Source: an uncultured Gemmatimonadales bacterium (GTDB lineage: Bacteria > Gemmatimonadota > Gemmatimonadetes > Gemmatimonadales > GWC2-71-9). Taken from it: a DNA stretch of 64,000 nucleotides. Position numbers and translations under genes: made by a program. The stretch is taken from positions 43,429 through 107,428 of the forward strand of contig CAVZRK010000003.1 in the NCBI GenBank assembly GCA_963777835.1. Direction: 5' to 3'. Below the pieces are notes generated by a model. It did not search any database and was not told the origin of the DNA. It saw nothing but the letters and a program-made list of their open reading frames with translations. Shown one piece after another: positions 45,180 through 55,044 of this stretch. How positions within the stretch are numbered: position 1 is the stretch's first letter; the number at the start of each line of letters is the position of its first letter.

Positions 45180-46943
45180 TCAAGTGGAGTCCGGCGGGCC
45201 GCTCCCGCGCCACCAGCGCGCCGCCGCGCGAGCCCATTCGCCGCTGCGCTCCCGCACTTTCCGTCCCATGGCCCGCTGGAGCGCCTGCAGGAATTCGGCG
45301 GCGGACGGATACCGTGCCTCGACCTCGTTGCGCAGCGCGCGCTGCAGGACGCTCTCGAGCGCCGGCGGCACGTCTGAGCGACGCGCGTGCAGCGCCGGGA
45401 ACCGGTCGGCGGTCTGCCGGGCGAGGATCTGCTCCGGCGTGCCGCCGGGGAAGGGGGTCTCGCCCAGCAGGATGAAGTACGCCACGGCGGCCAGGCTGTA
45501 GAAGTCGCTGCGCTGGTCCACCCGCTCGCCGAGGAGCTGTTCCGGGCTGGCGAACTGCGGGGTGCCGCTCTGGCTGGTGGCGCCGCCGAACCGTCCCTCG
45601 CCCCGGAGCGCCAGCGCCAGGCCGAAGTCGGTGATCCGGAGGGTGCCGTCGGGCGCGAGCAGGAGGTTCTCCGGCTTGATGTCCCGGTGGACCAGCCCGG
45701 CGCCGTGGGCGTGGGCGAGCGCGAGCAGCGCCTGGTGGAGCATCTGCAGCACCAGGTCCAGCGGGAGCGGGCCTTCCCGCTCCACGAGCTGGGCCAGGTT
45801 CGGGCCCTTCACGTACTCCATCGTGTACCAGAGCAGCCCCGCCCGGCCCGCGATGTCGTAGATGTCCACGATGTTCGGGTGGTGAAGCCGTGCGGCGAGT
45901 TGCGCCTCGCGCCGGAAGCGCTCCACCACGGGGGGCTCGGCGGTGAGATACGGGTGCAACACCTTGAGCGCCACCTCCCGTTCGAGGTGCAAGTCCCGCA
46001 CGCGATACACCCGGCCGAAGCCGCCCGCCCCGAGCGCCTCGAAGAGTTCGTAGTCGTCGCCGAGGGCGCGGCGGAGGCGCTTTTCCCAGTGCTCCGTGTC
46101 CTGGCTCATCGCGATCTCGCCGGGGGACACCGCCGGGCTCTCGTAGGTGCCGGCGTCGGACGCGAAGTCCTCGAGCATCTCGGCCGGCGTGAGGTACCGG
46201 TCGTCGGGCGCCTCGCGCAGCGCGCGCAGGAGGATCCGGTCGAGGGCCTTCGGGCAGGTCGGGCGGAGCAGCGACGGCCGCTCCGTCTTGCGCGGATCCA
46301 TCGGCGGTTCCCGGCCGGTGATCGTGTAGTAGAGGATAGCGCCGGCGGTGAAGACGTCGCTCGCCGGGTCCCCGCGCGCGCCGTCCCGCACCTCGGGGGC
46401 CATGAACTCGAGGCCCGTCGGCACGTGGCCGGCCGGGATGCTGGCCAGGGTGTAGCTGCAGTAGCGCAGGTCGGTGACCGTGCCGCGCCCGGTCGGTCCG
46501 AGGAGCAGGGAGGCCGGGACGATCCGCCGGACCATGATGCCGCGGCTGTGGGCGTGGTCGAGCGCCGCCAGGATGTCGCGGGCCAGGCCGTGGACGGTCG
46601 GAATCGGTCGCGGGCTCCGCTGGACCGCGTCCAGCGCGCTCTCGCCGTCGATCCAGCTGCCGGCGCGGTACGCGATGTCGCCGATGACGCCGGCGTCGTA
46701 GACGTGCCGGATGGCGGGGTGGTCGAGCTGGCCCAGCGCCTCCGCTTCGCGGAGGAACCAGCCGCGCACCAAACTGTCCGGGTAGAAATTGACGCGCAGG
46801 CTCACGCGCCGCTTCAGCGTCAGGTCGTACGCGTTGAAGAGCACCCGCTCCCGGGAGGCCGCCACCATCTGCTCCAGGCGGTACCGGTGGCCCAGGATGG
46901 CCTGCGTGCGCTCGGCGTAGAGGCCGGGATCGGTCAGCGACAT
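45180..46943 (-). CDS. Tandem pseudokinase plus Ser/Thr kinase protein
   Basis: The N-terminal kinase fold is degenerate (VSLRV, VRRIVPAS, TDLR). The C-terminal domain is intact (GAGGFG, VALK, HRDIKPEN, DFG). Confidence 0.88.
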   Translation of the reverse strand: MSLTDPGLYAERTQAILGHRYRLEQMVAASRERVLFNAYDLTLKRRVSLRVNFYPDSLVRGWFLREAEALGQLDHPAIRHVYDAGVIGDIAYRAGSWIDGESALDAVQRSPRPIPTVHGLARDILAALDHAHSRGIMVRRIVPASLLLGPTGRGTVTDLRYCSYTLASIPAGHVPTGLEFMAPEVRDGARGDPASDVFTAGAILYYTITGREPPMDPRKTERPSLLRPTCPKALDRILLRALREAPDDRYLTPAEMLEDFASDAGTYESPAVSPGEIAMSQDTEHWEKRLRRALGDDYELFEALGAGGFGRVYRVRDLHLEREVALKVLHPYLTAEPPVVERFRREAQLAARLHHPNIVDIYDIAGRAGLLWYTMEYVKGPNLAQLVEREGPLPLDLVLQMLHQALLALAHAHGAGLVHRDIKPENLLLAPDGTLRITDFGLALALRGEGRFGGATSQSGTPQFASPEQLLGERVDQRSDFYSLAAVAYFILLGETPFPGGTPEQILARQTADRFPALHARRSDVPPALESVLQRALRNEVEARYPSAAEFLQALQRAMGRKVRERSGEWARAAARWWRGSGPPDST

Positions 46944-46959
46944 GGAAGGTGGCTGCGGG

Positions 46960-47502
46960 TCAGCGGAAGGCCCGGCGGCGGTCGACGCGCACCGGATGTG
47001 CCGCCGGTTCGGCGCTGCACCAGGTGCGGGTGAGCCCGGGCGACCGGTCGACGAAGAAGAGGGAGCACGGCTCCGCGCGGCAGCGCCGGACCAGGACATC
47101 CGGGTCGGCGAGCGTGGCGGCGGCGCTTCCCGCAACGGCCTCGAGCGCGGTCGCCGGCCTGAGCGGGGAGAAGGCCAGCTGCCACGCGCCGCCCACGCGG
47201 GTCAGCTGGTGATGACCCTCCGTGCGCGCGAGCAGCCGGTTGATCTCGTGGATGGCGGAGGAAGGGGGCTGCCGCTCCTCCGCCAGTGCGGCCGCGACGG
47301 CCAGGAGGCGTGCCCGGAAGTCGAGGACCTCCGCCCAGGGCACCTCGTCCGCGTCCGACGCGAGCTTTTGCGCCTTGGTCCAGCGGTGGTAGGCGGGCGG
47401 CTCCGGGATCCGGTCGGGAGGATCCACCTCCCGGCCGCGAGCGGTGTTGATGAAGTCGATCCAGAGCGCATCGCCGAGCAGGAGGAATTCGGGGTCAGAC
47501 AT
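46960..47502 (-). CDS. ABATE/CGNR zinc-finger family protein with atypical C-terminus
   Basis: LWIDFINT and VRRC....CSLFFVDRS.....WCS; the CGNR motif itself is absent. Confidence 0.78.
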   Translation of the reverse strand: MSDPEFLLLGDALWIDFINTARGREVDPPDRIPEPPAYHRWTKAQKLASDADEVPWAEVLDFRARLLAVAAALAEERQPPSSAIHEINRLLARTEGHHQLTRVGGAWQLAFSPLRPATALEAVAGSAAATLADPDVLVRRCRAEPCSLFFVDRSPGLTRTWCSAEPAAHPVRVDRRRAFR

Positions 47503-47518
47503 GGGGGCTCCCGGCAGG

Positions 47519-48856
47519 TCAGAATTCTCCGGCGACCTCGGCGCGGCTGCCGCCGGCCCGCTTGGCCTTGTACATCGCGGCGTCGGCGGCGGCCATCAGG
47601 CTGCTGACCGTCGTCCCATGGCGGGGCGCGGCGGCGACGCCGATGCTGACGGCGACGGTGTGCCCCTGCCCGAGGTGCGCGAGCGCCTTGAGCCCGGCCT
47701 GCACGCGCCCCACGAGGACCATCGCCTCCCGGGGGGAGGTCATCGGGAGCATCACGAGGAACTCGTCGCCCCCGAGGCGCCCGACGACGTCCGGCTGCCG
47801 GCACTGCTCCTTCAGGAGCCGCCCGACGCCGCGGAGCAGTTCGTCGCCCGCGGCGTGCCCGCCGCTGTCGTTGACCAGCTTGAAGTTGTCGATGTCGAGG
47901 AGGATGATCGTGGTGTCGAGCTGGTGCCGGGTGGAGCGTGCGAGCTCGGCACTGAGCCGCTCCTCCAGCGCGCGCCGGTTGAGCAGCGCGGTGAGTTCGT
48001 CGGTGTTGGCGGCGGTCTGCAGCTGCTCCACGAGGTGGGCGTTCTTGAGCGCGATCGCCGCCGCGAAGGAGAGCGTGCCGGCGAGGTCGAGCTCCGCCGG
48101 ACCGTAGCGATGTTCGTTGAGCCGTGGCCCGAGCAGGAGGACGGCCAGCCGCTCGCTGCCGGCGTCGAGCGGGACCACCAGCTCGGTCGTTGGCGGCGCC
48201 AGCGCGGCCACGGCGATTTCCCGCCCGCCCGTGGCGCCGGCGCCCGCCGGCAGCACGGTGTCGAGCAGGGCCCGAACGATCGGCCCCGGCCGGACGCGGT
48301 CGTCGAGCGAGCGGAAGATCCGCGGCTCGTAGGCGTCCCCGACCGGCCTGAGGAGGCAGGCCCACCAGGTAAAGAACACCTCGGCCATGAAGTCGAGGAT
48401 CAGCTGCTCGGTTTCCGCGGAGGAATGCACGGAACTGAGGAGGCGGGCCACCTGCCGGAGCGCGCGGAGCTGGAAGGTGGCGTCGTCGAGCGCGGCCTGG
48501 CGCTCCATGAGCACGCTGCGCAGCTCCGCCACCACCGAGAGGCCGTGCGCCAGCGGGAGCGCGACGCTCCGCAAGGCGTCGGCCACCTCGGCACCCGCGC
48601 TGATGACGACCTCCGTTTCACCGCTTCGAATCCGGGCGACCGCGACGGCCCCGGCGTCCATCTGGGCCGGGCCGACGCGCGGGGCGGCGCCGAGCGGCGT
48701 CGTGATGTCGAACCAGATGGCGGGGGAGTTGAACCGTCCGACGAGCGCCTCGCGGCAGCGTTCGAAGAGCTCCGCGTCGTTGCGGGACAGCCGGCAGGCT
48801 GCCGCGAAGGCGCTGGGGAGGTTGCCGATCGCGGAAGCGGCCACGGGGTGATCCAT
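47519..48856 (-). CDS. GAF-like sensor diguanylate cyclase
   Basis: DELTALLNRR, DIDNFKLVND..GH..GD, RQPD I-site, GRLGGDEF and ADAAMYKAK. Confidence 0.9.
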   Translation of the reverse strand: MDHPVAASAIGNLPSAFAAACRLSRNDAELFERCREALVGRFNSPAIWFDITTPLGAAPRVGPAQMDAGAVAVARIRSGETEVVISAGAEVADALRSVALPLAHGLSVVAELRSVLMERQAALDDATFQLRALRQVARLLSSVHSSAETEQLILDFMAEVFFTWWACLLRPVGDAYEPRIFRSLDDRVRPGPIVRALLDTVLPAGAGATGGREIAVAALAPPTTELVVPLDAGSERLAVLLLGPRLNEHRYGPAELDLAGTLSFAAAIALKNAHLVEQLQTAANTDELTALLNRRALEERLSAELARSTRHQLDTTIILLDIDNFKLVNDSGGHAAGDELLRGVGRLLKEQCRQPDVVGRLGGDEFLVMLPMTSPREAMVLVGRVQAGLKALAHLGQGHTVAVSIGVAAAPRHGTTVSSLMAAADAAMYKAKRAGGSRAEVAGEF

Positions 48857-48912
48857 GGTCAATTATACCGGGAGTGCGGCCCCGCCGCCAACGCGGTGCG
48901 CCCCCCGAACGG

Positions 48913-49521
48913 TCAGCGTTCGAGCTGCAGGAGGACGGCGAGTTCGCGGGTCATGGCCTGCAGTTCCTCGAGCATCGCACGGTTCCGCCATTCGCGGCGC
49001 GCGTCCAGGTGGTCGGTGATGGCGCCGTACCACCAGAGCGTGTCGGCGGGAGAGGCGTCGGGGGCGGCGTGGAGGTATTCCGCGCCGAGTCGGCGGACCA
49101 CGCGGATGGCCGCGCCGCAGTTGTGCAGCTCGTCCGCGGCGCAGATGTCGAGACCGCGCGGCTCCGCGTCGGCGATCTGGATGAGGAACTCCCGCTTGCA
49201 GGTGCGCCAGGCGCGGAGCCGGCCGAGCGCGTCATGCCGCGGCTCGAGCACCTCGCAGGCGGTGGCCAGGACCACCGGACCGAACTTCTCGAGGACCTTC
49301 GCCTCCAGCTCCTCCCGTTCGCGCGGCGCCGCTTCCTCCAGCACCCGGTGCAGGATCCCCGCCACCACGGTCAGGTCTTCACACCCGTAGCGCGCGAGGA
49401 TGATCGCGATGTTGGCTGGATGGGCCAGGTACGCCATGGTCCGTTCCGGCCCCGAGGCCAGACCGTAGTACTTGGCCGCGAAGGCCAGCGCGTGGTTGAT
49501 GCGGTCAGAGTATCCGTGCAT
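48913..49521 (-). CDS. RelA/SpoT-hydrolase-like HD domain protein with degenerate HD motif
   Basis: INHALAFAAK, YLAHP, AGILHRVLEE, KFG..V, ADELHN and LWWY. Confidence 0.75.
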   Translation of the reverse strand: MHGYSDRINHALAFAAKYYGLASGPERTMAYLAHPANIAIILARYGCEDLTVVAGILHRVLEEAAPREREELEAKVLEKFGPVVLATACEVLEPRHDALGRLRAWRTCKREFLIQIADAEPRGLDICAADELHNCGAAIRVVRRLGAEYLHAAPDASPADTLWWYGAITDHLDARREWRNRAMLEELQAMTRELAVLLQLER

Positions 49522-49539
49522 GGCGCCGATCGATGGGAG

Positions 49540-50175
49540 TCAGGGTAACCCAATCAGTTTATGCGTCTGCAGGCTGAGGCGCCACGCCGGATGCGCCAGG
49601 CAGTAGGCCGCGGCCGCGGCGGTGTTCTCGCGGAGGTCGGGTCCGTCCATCGGCTGCAGGAATCGGTGCCGGAAGTCCAGGCCGGCGAACTCCTCGGGGG
49701 TCGCGCCCGCCTGGGGATAGACCAGCTTCAACTCGTTCCCGGAGGTGAGCCGGAGCGGCGCCCCGGCCTTCGGGCTCACGCAGATCCAGTCGATGCCCCT
49801 GGGGGCGGGCTGGGTGCCGTTCGTTTCCACGGCCACCTCGAAGCCCGCAGCATGGAGCGCCTGGACCGCCGCTTCGTCGAGCTGGAGGAGCGGCTCGCCG
49901 CCGGTGCAGACGACATAGGGGGTTCCCTGGCCGGCGTGCGGCCACGCCGAGGCCACGGCGGCGGCGAGATCGGCGGCCGTCGCGAAACGCCCGCCGCCTG
50001 GTCCGTCGGTGCCCACGAACTCCGTGTCGCAGAAGGTGCAGGTCGCCTCGGCCCGGTCGGCCTCGCGGCCGCTCCAGAGATTGCAGCCGGCAAAGCGGCA
50101 GAACACCGCCGGCCGCCCGGCGTGGGCGCCCTCGCCCTGCAGGGTGTAGAAGATTTCCTTGACGGCGTAGCTCAT
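49540..50175 (-). CDS. queE: 7-carboxy-7-deazaguanine synthase (Cx14CxxC type)
   Basis: [33 protein letters not shown] and LSLQTHK. Confidence 0.95.
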   Translation of the reverse strand: MSYAVKEIFYTLQGEGAHAGRPAVFCRFAGCNLWSGREADRAEATCTFCDTEFVGTDGPGGGRFATAADLAAAVASAWPHAGQGTPYVVCTGGEPLLQLDEAAVQALHAAGFEVAVETNGTQPAPRGIDWICVSPKAGAPLRLTSGNELKLVYPQAGATPEEFAGLDFRHRFLQPMDGPDLRENTAAAAAYCLAHPAWRLSLQTHKLIGLP

Positions 50176-50864
50176 CGTGCCGCGTACCGTGCAGGATCGG
50201 GGCGGCCGAGCTGCCGGAATCCCTCGAGCCGCAGCAGGCAGGCGTCGCACCGGCCGCACGAGACGCCTCCCGATGCCGGATCGTAGCAGCTCAGGGTCAT
50301 CCCGAAGTCGACGCCGAGTTCGAGGCCCCGGGCGATGATGTCGCGCTTGGTCAGGGCGAGCAGCGGGGCGTGGATGGTCATGCGCCGGCCTTCCACCCCC
50401 GCCTTCGTGGCGACGTTGGCCAGCCGCTCGAACGCCTCCACGAATTCGGGGCGGCAGTCGGGATACCCGCTGTAGTCCACGGCGTTGACGCCGAGGAAGA
50501 TGTCAGTGGCGCCGAGGACCTCGGCCGCGCCAAGCGCGTAGGCGAGGAAGATCGTGTTGCGGGCCGGCACGTAGGTGACCGGGATGCCGTCGGCGCGCGC
50601 CGCATCGTCGCGGTCCTTCGGGACGGGCAGGTCGTCGGTCAGGGCGGAGCCGCCGAAGGCGCGCAGGTCGATCTCGATGATGCGGTGCTCCGCGGCGCCG
50701 AGGTGCTTTGCCACGGCATGGGCGCTGGCGAGTTCTGCGGCGTGGCGCTGGCCGTACCGGAAGCTCAGGGCGTGACACGAGAAGCCCTGGGCGCGGGCGA
50801 TGGCGAGGGTCGTGGCGGAGTCGAGCCCTCCGCTCAGGAGGACGACCGCCGGCGGGGATGGCAT
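50172..50864 (-). CDS. queC: 7-cyano-7-deazaguanine synthase
   Basis: [27 protein letters not shown] and SCY..CGRCDAC. Confidence 0.96.
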   Translation of the reverse strand: MPSPPAVVLLSGGLDSATTLAIARAQGFSCHALSFRYGQRHAAELASAHAVAKHLGAAEHRIIEIDLRAFGGSALTDDLPVPKDRDDAARADGIPVTYVPARNTIFLAYALGAAEVLGATDIFLGVNAVDYSGYPDCRPEFVEAFERLANVATKAGVEGRRMTIHAPLLALTKRDIIARGLELGVDFGMTLSCYDPASGGVSCGRCDACLLRLEGFRQLGRPDPARYAAR

Positions 50865-50885
50865 CCCGCAAAGATACCACGGCGC

Positions 50886-51806
50886 TCAGCGGTCGAGGAC
50901 GGCGCGGAGTGCCTCGGCAAGGGTGGGGTGTCGGAACGGAAAGCCGAGGGCGGTCAGGCGTGCGGGCACGGCACGCTGGCTGGCAAGGAGGGCTGCGTCG
51001 GCCATTTCGCCGAAGAGGAGGCGGAGGGCGAAGGCCGGCGCGGGGACGAGGGCGGGACGGTGGAGCACTTCGCCCAGGCGGGCGGCGAAGTCGGCGTTGC
51101 GGACAGGTTCCGGCGCCACGGCGTTGAATGGGCCGCGCATCTCCTTGTTCCGCAGCGCTTCGAGCACGATCGCCACCGTGTCGTCGATGGAGATCCAACT
51201 CATCCACTGGCGGCCGTTCCCGATGGGGCCGCCGGCGCCGAGCTGGAACGGCGTGACCATGCGCGGGAGTGCACCGCCCTCCTTGCTCAGGATGATGCCG
51301 AACCGGAGGTGGACCACCCGGATGCCGGCGTCGCTCGCAGGCGCGGTCGCGCCCTCCCATTCCTTGCCGACTTCCGCGAGGAAATCGGTGCCGAGCGGGC
51401 TGGTCTCGTCGAGGAGTTCGTCGCCTCGATCGCCATAGATCCCGGTCGCCGAGGCGGAAATCAGGACGTCCGGTCGAACGGGGAGCCGAGCCAGTGATTC
51501 GGAGAGGAGCCGGGTGCCGAGGATCCTGCTGCTCCGGATCCGGTCCTTGCGGGCCGGCGTCCACCGGCCCTCGGCGATGCTCTCACCCGCCAGGTGGAGG
51601 GCGGCCCCGACGCCCGCGAGCGCCGAGGCGTCGATGGTGCCGGCGGCGGGATCCCACTGGATTTCGCCTGGGCCGGGCGCCCGGCGTACGAGTGGCCTGA
51701 CCTGCCAACCTGCGGCGGCCAGCGCGGGCGCCATCGCCGAGCCGAGGAGCCCGGAGGCTCCCGACAGGGCGATGGCGCGGGACTTCGAAGGGGTCGGTGT
51801 CATCAT
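50886..51806 (-). CDS. TIGR01777 family NAD-dependent epimerase/oxidoreductase
   Basis: SGASGLLG, HLAGESIA..RW, SASATGIYG, G.GRQWMSWI and FPFRHP. Confidence 0.9.
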   Translation of the reverse strand: MMTPTPSKSRAIALSGASGLLGSAMAPALAAAGWQVRPLVRRAPGPGEIQWDPAAGTIDASALAGVGAALHLAGESIAEGRWTPARKDRIRSSRILGTRLLSESLARLPVRPDVLISASATGIYGDRGDELLDETSPLGTDFLAEVGKEWEGATAPASDAGIRVVHLRFGIILSKEGGALPRMVTPFQLGAGGPIGNGRQWMSWISIDDTVAIVLEALRNKEMRGPFNAVAPEPVRNADFAARLGEVLHRPALVPAPAFALRLLFGEMADAALLASQRAVPARLTALGFPFRHPTLAEALRAVLDR

Positions 51807-51847
51807 CCCCTTATACGGCAACCGCGGGGAAAGGGTCCCTCGGGCAG

Positions 51848-52694
51848 TTACGAGACCGTGAAGGTCGTGGACATTCCGTGGAAGACATGGGGCTGTCCGT
51901 CACCGGCGTCCGGCACGAAGCAGATCAGGCCGTACGTGCCCGGCGCGAGCTCGGCCGTGAAGTTCTGGACCTGCCCCGGATTGATGTCGGTAATGCCGGC
52001 GAAGGGCACGCCCGGAGGCGGCCCCTGCATCCCGCCCTTCAGCCATGCGGTCCAGGGCTCCATCGTCTGGCCCGCCTCGAGCCGGACGAGCACCACCTCA
52101 TGCGGCTGCTGCGCCTGGTTGGTGACGACGAAGGTGTGGGTGCCGGCCGTCGGAGGCGGTGTCATGGAGAAGCCGTAGTCGAACAACCCCATCTGGATGT
52201 CGCCGCCGGGCATGGCCGCCACGGGTTCCGTCGTGGGCTGGACCTCCATGCCGAGGATCATCCCCTTGGACAGGTGAGACTTCCCGTCGGGGGAGGGGAT
52301 CCTGCAGAGCATCGCATACGTTCCCGGCTCGAGCACGAGGGTCGCGTTCGCCGAGCTCCCGGGGAGCGCGCCGTTCGGTCCACCGGCGTTCACGGCCCAC
52401 GCCGGGGGAGGACCCTCGGTCTTGAGCGCCTCGGTCAGGTCGGCGAGCGTCTTCCCATCGGTCAGGCGGTAGAACTGGATGTGGTGCAGTTCCTGTCCGC
52501 TGTTCACGAGGGTGACGGTCGTGAGGCCGGCGTGGATCGGGGTGGAGGGCAACTGGTAGCCGAAGTCCGTGGCAGTGATGGTCACCTGCTGCGGAGCGGC
52601 CTCGGCGGCGTCCCCGGCGGGGGCAGGTTCCTTGGCGCAGGCGAGGGCGACCAGCGCGACGGGAAGCAGGCGGGAGTGGAGCGCATCGCTTCAC
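51848..52694 (-). CDS. Lipoprotein with two cupredoxin-like domains; frameshift in the signal region near 52685
   Basis: AAAGGAG SD, LVALAC lipobox, and two repeats ending LCRIPSPDGKSHLSKGM and ICFVPDAGDGQPHVFHGM. Confidence 0.7.
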
Positions 52695-52742
52695 GGGACC
52701 GCTCCTTTATGTTTCGCCGAAACCCACGCTGGGAGATACCAC

Positions 52743-54637
52743 GTGACGCGCCATCTCGCCAGACGCCCTGCTCCTTTCCCTGACCGCCGGCGGCCTCGCG
52801 GCGCAGGGGTGGCAAGTCTCTCCCTTCCGGCCGCTCGACCTGCCGGGTCCGAACGAATACCGGACCGGAAGCGGCCGGCCGGGCCCTGCCTACTGGCAGC
52901 AGGGCGTGGACTACCGGATCGAGGCCACTCTCGACCCGGCGGCGAATGAGACTCCGGGGCCGCGAAGTCATTGCGTATCACAACCGCTCCCCCGACGCAC
53001 TTCCGTACCTGTGGATGCACCTCGAGCAGAACATGTGCGCCCCGGGCAGCGTCACCTCCCAGCTCGACCAGCCGCCGCTCGTGTTCCTCGGCTCGACCTT
53101 CGATTTCTCCTGCCAGGGGTTCGCCGGCGGGATCACCCTCGACTCGGTACTGGTGGACGGCAGGCCGGTCCGGCCGGTGGTGTACGGCACCACCATGCGG
53201 CTCGACCTCCCCACCGCGCTCGCCGCCGGCGCGTCGGCCGAAATCGTCATCCGGTGGCGGTTCAAGGTGCCGCCCTACGGCGGCGGTCGCATGGGGCATG
53301 ACGGCACCCTGTACGAGTTCGGCCAGTGGTATCCGCGGCTGGCCGTCTACGACGACCTCAGGGGCTGGAACCACGAGCCCTACATCGGCGCGGGGGAGTT
53401 CTACCTGGAGTACGGCCGGTTCGAGGTGGACCTGACGGTGCCCGCAGGGTACGTGGTGGCCGCCACCGGCACGCTCCGGAATCCGGAGCAGGTCCTCACC
53501 GCCGCCCAGCGGAGCCGGCTGGCGCAGGCCGCCACCTCCACCGCGCCGGTTGCCGTCATCACCAAGGCGGAAGCTGGGCTCCCCGCCCGCACCCGCCCCA
53601 CCACGGCCGGCACCCTGACCTGGCGCTTCACGGCGGACAGCGTCCGCGACTTCGCTTTCGCGGCGAGCCCGAACTTCCAGTGGGACGCGAGTGCGTGGGA
53701 GGGGGTCATGATCCACACCCTCTATCGTCCTTCGGCCACCCTCTGGGCCGAGGCCAACAAGATGACCAACGAGGCGCTGGCGTACTTCAGCCGGCAGTGG
53801 ATGCGCTATCCGTACCCGCAGTTCACCAGCATCGAGGGGCCGATCGAGGGGATGGAGTACCCGATGATCACCTTCGATCCCACGGGGCCGACGCGCGAGG
53901 ACGTGCACTGGGTGCTGGCGCACGAGCTCGGCCACCAGTGGGTGCCGATGGTCGTCGGATCCAACGAGCGGCTCTACCCCTGGATGGACGAGGGGTTCAA
54001 CACCTTCATCGACCTCGCCAACGCCGCGCGGTACTTCAAGGGCACCGCCTACGGCGACTCGATCGAGGTGCACCCGCTGCATCTCTACCCCGACCACGCG
54101 GTGCCGGGCGAGCAGCCGCTCATCGCGCGGCCGGTGGAGGTGACCGACCTCTTCTGGGCAGGGTACCAGAAGCCGGCACTCATGATGCAGCTGCTGCGGT
54201 ACGAGGTACTCGGCACGGAGCGATTCGACGCCGCGTTCCGGCAGTACCTCAACGCCTGGGCGTTCCGGCACCCCTCGCCGGCCGATTTCTTCCGGTTGAT
54301 GCGCGACGCGTCCGGCACCGACCTCGACTGGTTCTGGCGTGAGTGGGTCATGACGGCCACCCGGCTCGACCAGGCGGTGGACACGATCGCGAGCGGCCCG
54401 CAAGGCGTCACCGAGGTGCGGCTCGCGAGCCTCGGCACCATGATCATGCCGGCCGAGCTGAGGCTCACCTTCGCGGATGGAACCACGGAGGTCGTGCGGC
54501 TTCCGGTCGAAATGTGGAACCTCGGGCCGCGCTTTACCTACCGGGTGCGGGGGAAGCCGGCGGTGCGGAGCGCCGAGCTCGATCCGCGGCGCGCGCTCCC
54601 CGACGTGGACCGCGCCAACAACCGGTACCCCCGGTGA
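52743..54637 (+). CDS. M1 family metallopeptidase; N-terminal frameshifts in 52770-52950
   Basis: GRPGPAYWQQ, QWYPR, GMEYP and HELGHQW..WMDEGFNTF. Confidence 0.88.
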
Positions 54638-55044
54638 CCCCCCGCGACGCCGGCAACCTCGAGCAGTTCCTGCGCGAGGCGGGCGCGTCGGACACGGTGG
54701 TGCGGGGCGGGCTCGAAGTCCTGCTGGTGGGCTGGGAGCGGACGGTCGGGGCGGTCGAGTCGGGGTATATCGGGGACTACGAGGATTACCTCGGCGACCT
54801 GGACGGGCGCCAACTGCTGGCGCAGGCGCTCGAGCGGGTGACGCCGGGCCAGGCCGCCGCCGTCGCGGCGCGGCTGCGGGACCTCGACGACCGGATGCGC
54901 GCGGCCACCGTCCCGGTGACGCGCTGCCTCTGGGGGATGATCGTGGCCGACGAGGAGGGGTGGAGCCCGGAGGACAATTGGTGGTACTACGCGCGGCCGC
55001 TGAGCGGCACGCCGGCCTTCCTCGAGGAGTTTCCCTCGGGCTAG
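54634..55044 (+). CDS. Hypothetical protein
   Basis: GTGA overlap with the upstream stop; plausible globular sequence (W..V..VESGY....EDY..DLD.R; WWYY..P). Confidence 0.65.
   Translation: MTPRDAGNLEQFLREAGASDTVVRGGLEVLLVGWERTVGAVESGYIGDYEDYLGDLDGRQLLAQALERVTPGQAAAVAARLRDLDDRMRAATVPVTRCLWGMIVADEEGWSPEDNWWYYARPLSGTPAFLEEFPSG

Noticed and set aside
46960-47020. Loss of the CGNR motif as a real adaptation
   Set aside because: A one-base insertion after GAACCG would restore WCSAEPCG, so it may be another indel error.
49540-50885. queCE as part of a dpd DNA-modification/defence island, or under a preQ1 riboswitch
   Set aside because: No dpdA/tgt-like, helicase or nuclease genes are nearby, and only about 20 nt lie upstream of queC. 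This fits housekeeping queuosine synthesis.
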